A stretch of DNA of 64,000 nt from assembly GCF_964213995.1 (NCBI RefSeq), contig NC_135830.1:13144001-13208000 (forward strand), in the 5' to 3' direction. The notes below the pieces were generated by a model that saw only the letters and a list, made by a program, of their open reading frames with translations, was not told where the DNA came from and ran no database searches. Both the position numbers and the translations under genes were made by a program. The DNA comes from Mustelus asterias. Its lineage: Eukaryota. This document shows, piece by piece, positions 47,200 to 59,550 of this stretch (positions are counted from its first letter, which is position 1; the number at the start of each line of letters is the position of its first letter).

Positions 47200-49080
47200 G
47201 AATCAATCCTCTGATTACATTACACCGGTCCATATTTCTATTTATGTTGTACCAGACCCAGTCTTTAATGATATGGCAGTGGACCCTGTCTCTCTTTATA
47301 CTACATTCGGTCGTTTTTCTCGTTATGCTACACTCAGCCATTTCTCTATTTATGCTACATCAGGTCATCTCAATTAGTCCTACAGTGGACCACAGATCTG
47401 ATTATATTACGTCGGATCCCATCTCTTGTTATATTACACAGGATTTGTCTCTTTACATTACATCAGAGCCTGTCTCTGTTAATCCAACATGCGACCATGA
47501 ATATGTTGCCTGTCGAGATATTATCAATCACGATATATGTGGGTGTGCCTGCCCGATACCAATCATTCTTGTTTGAAACAGTAGGTTTATTTTTTGCTAA
47601 TATCTATAAGTAGCTGTGAGAAACGTCTGATCACTCTGCTATTGTGTGGGTAATATTTAGCGTGAACGTTATAACAATTTCTCAGTGATAAACTGGCACT
47701 GAGGGACAGGTCAATATGAACAATAGTGCAGTGCTCTTTGCAATATCTTTAGGAATCTCTGTTATGATGCATTTTATTCGTTGTAGATTGTGTTGCACTA
47801 TGTCAATTTGCTGCAGATTTTAGCGATAAAGATTGTTTCGCCTGCCTTATTTTATTAATAGCATTCAACTGATACACTGGCGGTATGAGACAGAATTTTG
47901 TACTCGCAATATCGCCAGATGGGCTCCCACAGGCTAATTTTCTAACCAATGGTTAATTGGTCATCTGTTTCATAGAGAAATAAAACGAAATGGCCACAGA
48001 ACATGTTATGATTGAATAGAATTGAAATATATATATTTTCTGCAATTTCCATTCTTATCTTCAAAATTATTTTTCAGTTTGGGATGTGTTAATCTGCCCA
48101 GGCCCTAAGCTCTGTTATTCCCTCCCTAAATCTCCTTATCTCACTTTCCTCGTCTAAATCAATGCATAAAACTGTCCCTGTATTGATCGTCCTTTTAGTA
48201 ATCTGTTCAAATATCTCCTTGCTCAAAAACAAGATACCGTGGATGCATGGGATCTGAAAAATGAACTGCCAGAAACACTCAGCAGATCATTTATCATAAA
48301 TGGAGTGATATTAGTGAACTTGTTCATCTCTCTCTCTCTCTCTCTCTCTCCTCCCTCAGTCAACACTGCAGTTCACCCTCTCGGATTCATAGCATTAGAT
48401 CACATATCGTTATTACTGAATTAGGCTATGAATGGCCAATTTTGTTCTATTGCTTACTATGGAACGACGATGTATATGCTTAAATTTCACTATATATTGA
48501 GTTTAGTTTTATTACACTGCCCCTCCTTCTGTTATTACTGCATTTAACCATGTAATTTTTTTAATTGCACAGGAGTTGTCTCAGTCATGTCTGTATGACA
48601 CCATATCTCGTTTTATCTTTCTTTCTGCACTATATAACGCAACCTGAAGTTTAATTTATTAACGGACTGGGCCTTGATCTATGAGGGCTATAATTAACCC
48701 TGTCTCAGTTAGTACTGTACTTGACGATGTTCGCTGCAATAACCCATTTGGTGCAGTCTTATACAGGAATGCACTAGGCCATGCCTCTTTATATACTGCA
48801 TTTGATTCATTTGAATCATTATTGCAATATACCGTGTATCTGTTTACATTACATTACGTGCCGCTCCCTTTATATTACATGAAGACATGCCGTGATATAT
48901 GCTATAATTAATCATTTCTGAGCTGTTGTTGCTCAGTCAATAGTCCACATATGTTACATTAGGTTCCATCTCAGATATTATTTTTGGTAGGTTGTATGTC
49001 ATGCACTACTGAGTACACCCGTACCTCACGTTGCATTACATTGGGTCCGAATAAAAAAGCAGGCACTGCCTCAGTTACTA
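47200..49080. repeat. degenerate CTGTCTC-TTTATATTAC minisatellite patches (same family as 18000-19400)
   Basis: ~27-bp units at 47200-47480 and 48500-49080; inverse-orientation patch at 53340-54200. Confidence 0.55.
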
Positions 49081-49135
49081 ATTTTCTATAAAATGCGTCT
49101 GATGGATGAAAAAAGAGGAAGCCCAAGCTAGCTGG

Positions 49136-49420
49136 ATGGCGCAGTGGTTTGCAGTGGTTAGCACTGCTACCTCACAGTGCTGGGGACTCGAGTTCGATTC
49201 CTGGCTTGGTCACTATATGTGTGGAGTTTGTACGTTCTCCCTGTGTCTGTGTCGATTTCCTTCCACATTCCAAAGATGTGCTAATTAGGTGCATTGGTAA
49301 TGTCAAATTCTCCCTCAGTGTACCCGAACAGCTGCCAGAGTGTGGCGACTGGGGTATTCTCATAGCCGCTTCATTGCAGTGCTAATGCAAGCCGACATGT
49401 GACTAATCAATTAACTTTGA
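49136..49420 (+). mobile_element. HE1-related SINE
   Basis: TGGTTAGCACTGCTACCTCACAG...GAGTTCGATTCC head and family tail. Confidence 0.85.
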
Positions 49421-51387
49421 ATAAATAGATACTAACTTAAGAAATGAAACGTATTCGTGTGGATGAAAGGGGTTGGAAGTATGCATTTCATCTTGTTAAT
49501 AAATATTAAGTTTTGCGCATCATATCTAGTTGCTCTCGTATTGTGTGCAATAATTTGTTGAAAGCTTGGGATGAATCTTGTAACATCCTCTTGTTCAAAA
49601 GAAATTGAGGAATACAATAAACGTATGCCACGTTGGACTGCAAATGGATACTCAGGGACAATTCAGCATGACCACTCCTCCTAACCTGCACATCTTTGGA
49701 CTGCAGGAGGAAAGCGGTAAACTTGGCGGAAACCCACGCAAACAATTTGCAAAAACCAGACAGACAGTTACACAAGGCCGAAGTGGACCCTATGCCCATA
49801 ACAATGTGAGATACCAGTCATAACTCCTATGTAAATAATTGCAATTAGTTTTAAGCATTTTATGGTAATTTGTTCAGTATTTACTTGCACATTCTTTGCC
49901 TCAGTCAATGCCTAAAGTTAATGAACTGCTCTGGACGCTCTTGAATGTGATATACAGCTGGCCATTCCACTGCCAAGGCATTGCATCTTTCAAATGACTC
50001 ACTGAACTTCTCTCCTCTCTTTCTCTGTCTCAGACAAGACCTAAATCGGAAAACCTCGCTTCTCTCTCTCAATCTCATTTAGCTCACTTACACGGGTACC
50101 CATGAGCCGGATCTGGCTACTCGTTCAAAAATGTTTAACTTTCATGCTTAAGGCAACTTGTGACTGAAAAGATGAAACACAACAATCTCAACAGAGGAAA
50201 ATTCAGTGCCGGAAACAGACCAGTTCACTCTTTTATACGCTCTCCTCGATTTCACTCACACAACACCTAACACACTTAAACTTTCTATTTTAGAACACCT
50301 GTGCGGGGAAACATGTAGCTTTAATTTTCACTCTTTTCTCTCAGCGATAATCTTCAATCCATCTTCCTTTCAATTAACCTCCCTAAACCCCAAATATGAT
50401 CATTTTCTTGATTCATTAAAATGGCAATCGAAGTGAATGTAATGCTGCGACCGGCAGCAATTCTGTGACTGTTCTTGAAGCTTTCAGAATGAGTTCACCC
50501 TCGCAGGCAGGAAGACTGTTCACGGTGATAACATTAAACTGGCTCCGTTTGTTTCATTCTCAGGTAATATAACTTCCTGATTCTTGCTGCCAGTTCCAAA
50601 CCACACATCTCACTTCTGAGCAGAAAATAAATCCAGGGGCCACAATCTGACGAGAACATCTGTCAGTGCGGCCTATATCTGTCCACAGAGCCAGGGCAGA
50701 GTTATAAAGATCACATTGTGGTGACATTTACAAATGAGTCTGTTGTGATCTGTTCAGAGTTTCCATTCCAGGACATAACTGGATGGTCAGTGGATCAGTC
50801 ACTGAGCTCTCCCAGGTTTCGTGAAGAAAGGAAATGATAGCTGTTATCTTGCATTGTTCGATCATTTTCTCTCCATCTGCTATTTATTTTTTGTTCTTCA
50901 GCTTTTATCTGTCAGCACCCCGTTTTTCTTTCTCCTAACTCTCCCGGTGTCTCTCTCTCTCTATCTCCTTGCCAGTGTTTTGAACACTTTTATTCGTGTT
51001 CAAAATCATGACGTTTTGAGTGGGGTAATTAAAGAGAGGATATTTCAACTGGGAGGACGGTCAGCAACCAGTGGGCACAGATTTATTTTATTGAGCAGAG
51101 AGACAGAAATGTGATTGTTTACTTTTACACAAGAGTTGTTGTGGACTGGAATGAACAGCTTCAGAGGGTGATCGAATCAGATTTCACAGTAACTTTGAAA
51201 ATAAATGAGATATATCCTTCATGGAGTAAAATGTGAAGGATTTTCGAGAACAGGTCCATTTTAATGGTTCTTATGCATCATTGTCCTAGCATCGTTTTTG
51301 AGTCTCCCCCTGTCCTTCATTGAGACTGAATAAGATGCAATATTTATACAGCTGTCGTCTTGTGCTAATCTTATCTTTTGGCAACAC

Positions 51388-51420
<33 letters not shown>

Positions 51421-54400
51421 TGCGTGTGTGTCCGCGGTGGGGGAGGGGGGATGGGAGGGTTGGTGGTGGACATTTGCGAGGAACGATGCCGAAATTCAAT
51501 TATTCAATTCTATTTACAAGCCATCACTTTGAACAAATTAGCATTGGATCGAACTTGTTTCGGAAAAGTGCAATAATCCTTAACAGTTATTGCACTATTC
51601 GTTTTGCCTCCGATGATATTTTCATACTTCGTCTTTTCAGTCTTCACATGTCCCAATTCTGACTGGAAATGTGGAACTGTTTGTAAGAATGAGAAGGAGC
51701 ATGTTATTTTCTGTTCCTCTAACAGATTCACCATTGTTACCTCAGATAACAGAATTTTTTGGAGTCCACCATGATTGATCCCCCCCCCCCCCCCCATGGG
51801 AATAACAGCTCTTTGTCAGGTGGAGTCAGTCATTCTTGCGGCTGTCATCGGTTTCCAATCCGTGTTGGCCACACAAATCCCTGCATCACTCGTCATGACA
51901 TGGAAACCTGCGCAAGCCCCTCGAAAAGATATGCTTCCTTATATCAGGTCCCAGTCTGACTCCGGGCCTAGCTGTCTCTGTTAGTGAAACACCGGGGCCG
52001 GCCATTCAAATTATAATATTCTAATTCTCTATGATTATTTTTGGAAACCGTTACCCAATCAGTTGTGAATTGGAACCTATATCTGGTTTTGCTACGTGTG
52101 ACGCCTGCCAGTTATTATTGGACAATTTACTTTTTTCTAGAATGATCACACGGAACAAAATGTTTATTTAAATGTTATATCATGTTCTGTCTCTCTTATT
52201 CTATATATCTAATACATTAGCTTACATGACTCTCCCGGCCAGTTTATGTTATCATTGCGCCAGCACATCTGTCTATATTAGATTAGATTCTGTCTCTGTT
52301 GTTACTGCATAATTTTTAATCATTTATGGGATGTGGGCATCACTGGCATCTGTTGCCCTTCCCTAATTGCCCCTGACAAAGTGATGATGAGCTACCATCT
52401 TGAACAGCTACTGTCCATGTTCACCAGGCAATATCACTGTTTGTATCACACAAGGTCTGGCCACCCTCATAATATACCTGATCCTGATTCGTCATGTTAC
52501 CGAGATTGTACAACCTATACACAGTAGAAAATATTTAGGATGGTTACCATGGAATTGGCGAATGTAACGGTTAAACAGAAATATTGCTCCATCTCTGGAG
52601 AACAGCAGATGTTTCAATCCTTTGCATTAATAGGAATAAGAAGTCTGAGAATTACAGGTGTAATTATCTCCTGTCGGCTATATATCCACGGTCACTTCCG
52701 CCATCATTTTCACAAATCAGCACATAATTGAGTCGAAAATCAGGAACTTTAGTGAGACACGAAGAAGATCAATTTCCAGTAATCTCCTCGTCATCGAGAT
52801 GTGATTTATCCATTTTCCAACAGATTTTTAAAGACAGATAAGTTAACGCTGGGAGCAAAATAATCAGATTGAAATCGTTTTGTGTGCAAGAGCACACAGC
52901 AGAATGGTTGTCAATAAATAGTTACATATTAAATGTTCTTCAGTTGAAATACATGAACTGTCTGGTGTTTTCATACACTCATGGAAGGCAGAGATGGACT
53001 GAAGGTTATCACTTGGAAAACTGAAGGGAAATTGCTAAAAGAAATCATTTCTCCAAAGGGGGTAATTGGAAAAAAGAATATTTAAAAGGAATTAGCACTC
53101 AAATGTCTAAGCAAGGTATGATATGATAATTCTTAGACATAGAACCATAGAATCCCTAGAGTTCAGAAAAGACCATCTGGCTCACCGAGTTTGCATCCCA
53201 CCCAGGCCCTCCCCTCTGCCCTGTCCCCGTTAGCCCCACACATTTACCATGGCGAATCCACATACCCTATGGACAATAACGGGCAATTTTGCACAGCCAA
53301 TCCATCTAATACGATCTGTTGTATTATGAACGAAGGACGGGTTTTGTGGAGTAATACAGAGACAGAGTCGAGTGCACCAATTATTGATACAGCACGTGTA
53401 CTAATATGAATGCAGACTGGGTCCAGTTCAGTGCTTACTGAGAGCGGGTATAGAACAAAGAAAAATTACAGCACAGGAACAGGCACTTCGGCCCTCCAAG
53501 CCTGCACCGACCATGCTGCCCGACTTAACTAAAACCCCCTACGATTCCGAAGACCATATCCCTCTATTCCCATCTCATTCATGTACTTTCCTAGACGCCC
53601 CTTAAAAGTCACTACCGTGCCGGCTTCCACTACCAATGTAAGCAGAGACAATGTGCACTATAATTTAAACTGAGACAGGTTCTAGTGTAATGTAATCTCA
53701 CATGGACGCTATTAGAATAAAGGGATATAATCTAGTGTGATATAAACAGAGATGTGACCCAGTGGAATAAAAGGTGAGGCAATGCAGTGTAAAGCAATAA
53801 CTGAGAGAGGATAATTTGTAAAATGAACAGTGGTATGGTTTGGCGCATTAATAAAGGACACAGCAGCTAGCGCAATAAAACTCCACCTGTTCAATCGGTT
53901 CAAATACTGTTGAATCTGATTCTGGGCATTGTATGATATAAACTGAGACAAAGCTGATGCAATAATTTCAAACTAAGGCTTCAGATTGTTAAAAGATTTG
54001 ACAGGGACATTAGAGCAATAAGCGAATCATGAAATAGAACAATAATTAGAGACAGGATATTATTCGGTATAAACAGGGAGGTGGACTGGTGCAGCAGTGA
54101 TTGAGGTATAGTCGAGGTTTCTTTCGACGTTGCAGGTTCCAGCAATGTAATATCAAATGAGGCTTGGTGAGGTATACTGACAACTGGTATTTTGCTGAGT
54201 ATAGAATCAATTGAGAATTATTGTCATGTAATCAGAATTATGATTTTGTGTCATATAAACTAGGTCTAGTTTCGGATGGATAAAGACTGCATCTATTGCA
54301 GCAATGACTGAGACGATCTGTTTCGCGTCGTGCCAAAGAGCACGGTTTCACTGCCATCTCCTGGACGTCCTTTGGTATAGCAGATGTTATGAAATGCTGA

Positions 54401-54799
54401 TTTTCGTTGCTGTTTCTTATTCTTTCATGGGGTGTATACACAGCTGGCAAGGCCAGCATAATTTGGCAATCGCGAGTACTCTGAATTCATTGGTTTCCTA
54501 GATCATCACAGAAGGTATGTAAACGCCAAACACGTGTGGGCCTTGAGTCAGCTATGGGCCAAACTGGGAAATGATGGATGGTTTCCTTTTCTGCTGGGCA
54601 TTAGAGGATCTGCTATATTACTTGTATTGGCCGCAATTAAGAAACGAGGTTTAAATTCAGAATTGCAATTGCATTTTAAAACCCACGTTCTATTGCAGTT
54701 AGATTTGAACATATACCTTGAGAAAATTGCCTCCCCTCAGAAATCCTCTCCCAGTGATATTACCACTTTGCCACTGTCTTCATTTTCCACACTGATAGG

Positions 54800-56400
54800 C
54801 TATTTACAGGAGAGAAGAAGGCCATTTTGAAGCATCATGTATGTGCTGGTCCTCTAAAGGAGCAATCCATCCAATAACACTCTATACCCACAGTCCAGCA
54901 TTTTGTCAATTCCAGACAATAATCCAATCCCATGTTGAAACCATCAATTGGCGCTCCCTGAACCATACTCTGAAACAGCAGATTGCAGGTCTGAATCAGT
55001 CACTGTTCGAAAATGTTTTTCGTTCTGACTCCGTGCTTCTTTCACCAATTAACTTCAACCCGCGCCCTCTGTTACAAAATCCATCTGCTATTGAACAACT
55101 CCTCTCTATCTCCTCTGTCAAGACCCCTCAGGATTTTGAAGGCCTCAATGGGATTACATCAGCAACTTCCTTTCAAGGATATCAGTCCGAACCTCACAAA
55201 TATATTTTCGTAACTGAAGTTTCTGATCTCTGGAACTAATCTCGCATTTTTTCCCCTGCAACCAGACCATTGACTTTACATTTCTCCTTACGTTTGGTGC
55301 CCAGAATTTGACGCAATTTTTCAGTTGACTATTTTCCAGTGCTTTTTACAAATTTAGCATAACTTCCTTGCTTCTGTATTATTTTCCCCAACAGACAAAG
55401 AATGTTAACTATTTTATTTTCCGCTCTTTCAAACTGTCTTCCACCATGAATGATTTATACACATATTCACTCAGGTCCCTCGGCGTCTTACCGCCACATT
55501 CATAGCGTTTTCATCATTTCCCTTTGTCTCTTCACATTCTGCTTAACAACACTAATCATGTAACTTTACATGCAATCAATTAAATCTCCCAATTGCAGGA
55601 CAATTCCACAAATTAGTTTTTTTTCGTTCTGAAGTTCTGCTCGGTCTTCTGATGGTTGGCAATGTTTCCATGTTTTGCATTATACACAGATTTTGAAAGT
55701 CTGACCTCCATACCAAGCTCTCGGCCATTACTATGCCGGGAATATCAAGAGTCATGTAACCTATTCCTGGCACCTTCACGACAAACTTTGTTCCAGTCCG
55801 AAAAACAGCTATGAGTTTTTTTCCTGGCACTCAGCCAATTTCCTATCCGTGTTGCTCCTATCCATTTTATTCTCTGATCTCCACATTTACTCACAAGCTG
55901 TGATGCAGCACCATATCACATGACCTTTGGACGCCCATTAAGAGAATTACCCTCACAGACCATCTCTGTTGCTCAGCATTAAACTCAAGCAAGTTGACGA
56001 AAAACGATTTGATCTGAACAAATGCATTCTGGCTGAATTTGTCAAAAAGCATTAAAGTGGGATGATTTCTGCAGTGATGAAGGCAGTGAAGATAAGGATG
56101 CTATATCTGCTGGCGACACAAGGATAGATCGGAAAATTGGGCATTGGCGAGGGCATTGGATATATCTCGAATATTGTGCACACTACTTGTCTCCTTATCT
56201 TAAGAAATATGTTAATACATTAGAAAAAGTTCATAGGTGTTTTACGAAACCCTCACCAGCTCTGAGCGGGTAATCTGATGAGGAAAGGATGTTGACGTCA
56301 GGTTTGTATCCACGGGGGTTCAGAAGAGTAAGAGGCAAATTGAGTGAAAGCTTTAAAACGCTAAGGGGTGCCAACAGTGTGGATGTTGAGCGGATGATTC
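54800..56400. mobile_element. heavily decayed CR1 fragments (54800-55560 on -, 55960-56400 on +)
   Basis: residual similarity to the CR1 3' region and RT C-terminus. Confidence 0.5.
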
Positions 56401-57334
56401 CTCCTGTCCAGTGTTGTAGCTGTACTGGATATGTCTCTGGGTGTATATATTTGGTCTCTTGGTTCTGCGTCTGTTTCCAATGCTGTTGTACTGTCCACGG
56501 AGGGCGCTCTCTGATCGCTTACCGAAAATCATGGCCTCCTTTTGCAGAAAGCGACTATTTGCCGATATGCAAATAGGCGGAGAAAATAAATCCCATCCCA
56601 TCACATTGTATCTTCCCGGTTCTTTTGATTCAACCTTTAACTTCAATACATTCATTTAACACAAATGCCCTCATTCTGAATTGAATATCTCTGAAATAGA
56701 CAACATTGAATTGCAAGCATGGCTAATCAACAAAAGAGCGCGAGTCACTGGGAAATACACATCCCATGGTACTTTTTTGAAATTGACCAAAGTCAGCTTT
56801 CAAACAAAAGCAAATATCTTTCAAGGGAAGAGATTTAAGAATGATCTGTTAGTTATACGTGATCCTTCTTTATTCGGTGTGTGAAACATTCTGGCACTTA
56901 AATCTCTTTCATCGACCGGAGGCCCAGCAGTTCCGCACTGATTCTCGATTTCCTCATCTGTCTGAGTGTTTTTTCCTATTTCTTTATTCGGAAGAACAAT
57001 TTTAAAAATAAGCTTCGAAGCAATGTGTGCCATTTCCTCGAGTTCCGTTACAGTTTCACTTGTGTCTGTCTTTATGAGCCCGCACTACTGGTAGACATGT
57101 TTCAGATGGTGATTAAGTCTGTTCGTCTGCACCGGTAAACGCATTAAATTTTGTTGCAGACTGAACGAGTTGAGAATATATGTACAAACAATATAAACAT
57201 TTATTTCCTGCCATTGCATCCTAAATAACAACATTTCTGATTTTCCTAAAGGCAATTGAATTAATGTAAGGTCCGATTTTCCGAAAAGCATTTGAGTTGA
57301 TGTAACATCGAGATTCACATAATGTTGAGCAATG

Positions 57335-57645
57335 ATGGTGGCACAGTGGGACGGCACAGTGGCACATTGGTTAGCACTGCGGCCTCACAGACACCTGAGT
57401 TCGATTCACGGCTTGGGTCACTGTCTGTGTTGCGTTTGCACGTTCTCTCCGTGTTCCCCGGGTCCTGGTTTCCTCCTACGGTCCAAAGATGTGCAGGTGA
57501 GGTGGATAGGCCATGCTAAATTGCCCCTTAGTGCCAGGGGGACGAGCTAGGTAAATACATGGGGTTATGGGGATAGGGCCTGGGTGGGATTGTGTTCGGT
57601 GCAGTCTCGATGGGCCGAATGGCCTCCCTCTTCACTGCATGATTC
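57335..57645 (+). mobile_element. HE1-like SINE in array unit 1
   Basis: GGCACAGTGG head (duplicated), GAGTTCGATTC, conserved body and tail. Confidence 0.85.
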
Positions 57646-57699
57646 TAGGAAGTTAAACAATGCAGGCATCGCACTCCCTTCATAAGAATGGTCCAAAAG

Positions 57700-57777
57700 T
57701 GCTTCTAAAGTGCCGGGTTTTGATCCGGGAATCTTTTACGTGTGAGGCGAACGTGGTAACCATGACATTACACGAAC
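57700..57777 (-). pseudogene. tRNA-Val(CAC) pseudogene
   Basis: GTTCGTGTAATGTCATGGTTACCACGTTCGCCTCACACGTAAAAGATTCCCGGATCAAAACCCGG...; vertebrate tRNA-Val anticodon arm CGTTCGCCTCACACG retained, acceptor stem and T loop broken. Confidence 0.8.
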
Positions 57778-58973
57778 AGCTGACAGCATATTTTAGCTAA
57801 TCGGCCTGTCTGCAATGTCCAACTGCGCTGCGCTGCTGCAGGTTCCAATGGTTAGACTGAGAGCCCATGTCACTTAATTCAGGAAGAAAACCGGTATTTT
57901 CAACCTGATTTCTCAACTTATCTTGAACATCAAAATTTAAAAGCTTTCGTTTGGCAAATATCTAAGTGAGCATTGATTTCTGCCCATTCATTAATGCATC
58001 ATTCTCATCTTCCTTCGAATAATCTCAACAAATTGTAATCAGTAATAAAAGTAAATTACTGCGGATGCTGGAATCGGAAACCAAAAGAGAAAATGCTGGA
58101 AAATCTCGCAATGTCTGACAGCTCCTGTTAGGAGAGAAAAGGGCTGACCTTTCGAGTCCAGATGACATTTTGTGAAAGCTCATTGAGCAATTGTACTCAG
58201 TATTTTTTTTATTATTCACTATTTAGTATCAATGCATTATTTAACACATATGTCTTCATTATGAATTGAATATCTCTGGAATTGAATATCACTGAATTGC
58301 AAACATAACTGACCAACAGAACGAAGCGAATCACCGGGTAATCACCGGGTAATACAGATCGCAATTTTGAGGTTGACCATCGCCAGCTTTTAAACAAATT
58401 CAACTACGTTTTAAATGGAAGTGATTCAAAAATTAACTGTTCGTGACACTTGAGCCTTTTTTATTATGGGCGTGAAATAGTCAGGCGCATAAATTCCGGC
58501 CATTTATAGGAAAGTCCAGAAGATCTGCACTGAGTCCCGATTCCTTCATCTGTCTGAGTGTCTTTTTTTCTATTTCTTTGTTGTGAACAACGATTTTAAA
58601 ATGGAATCTTCTGGGAAATGAGCGCCATTTCCGATAGATCACTTACAATATCACTTGTGTCAGTCTTCTGGAGCACAAACTACTATTAGATATGTTTCAG
58701 ACGGTGATTAGCCATGTCAGTCTGCACCTATAAACCCATTAAATTCTGTTGGAGACTGAACGAGATGCGAATATGTGCTCGATGTCAAAATCGAAACGTT
58801 TCTTTCCTGTCAGTGCATCAAAAAAAAATCAGCATTTCTTATTTTACAGAAAACATTGGAGGCCGATGTCAGAGCAACGATAATATGCCTGTAATATCGA
58901 GGTTCAGATAATGTTGAGGAACGAACTGAAATCATGCAATTTTCCATCACCCGACATGAGAAATCTTAATGAA

Positions 58974-59046
58974 TGTTTCTGCTTCGTTTGGAACCAGGAT
59001 CCTTCCGCGTGTCGGACGAACATAATAACCACTACACTACAGAAAC
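58974..59046 (-). pseudogene. tRNA-Val pseudogene (73 nt, anticodon position reads GAC)
   Basis: GTTTCTGTAGTGTAGTGGTTATTATGTTCGTCCGACACGCGGAAGGATCCTGGTTCCAAACGAAGCAGAAACA; perfect acceptor stem GTTTCTG/CAGAAAC, A box intact, T stem mispaired. Confidence 0.85.
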
Positions 59047-59550
59047 AGCTGGACGCAAGCTGCAGCAAATCGGCCTGTCCGCAATGTTCAACTGCTGCAG
59101 GTTCCAATGGTCAGACTGAGAGCACATGCTTCTTAATTCAGGAAGATAACCGTTGCTTTCAATCTGATTGCTCAAATTATCTTGAACTTCAAAAGTTAAA
59201 AGCGTTCTTCTGGCAAATATCTAAGGGAACAATGATTTCTGGCCATTCATTAATGCATCATTCTCATCTTCCTTCGACTAATCTCAACCAATTTTACTCA
59301 GCGATAAAAGCAAATTCCTGCGGATACTGGAATCGGAAACCATACGAGAAAATGCTGGTAAATCTCAAAACGTCTGACAGCACCTGTAAGGAGAGAAATG
59401 AGCTGATGTTCGAATCCAGGTGACACTTTAACAAAGTTCATTGTACAATTGTACTCAGTATTTGTTTCAGTATTTAGTCTGAATGCATTATTTAACACAT
59501 ATGTCTTCATTATGAATTGTATACTTCTGAAATTCAATATCATAGAATTG

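Noticed and set aside
40070-56600. A third VH or further D/J segments
   Set aside because: No V-like translation or paired heptamer-nonamer found by eye on either strand.
58911-59423. 170-aa ORF in the tandem array
   Set aside because: Runs antisense across a tRNA pseudogene and a hairpin repeat, and is not open in the neighbouring unit.
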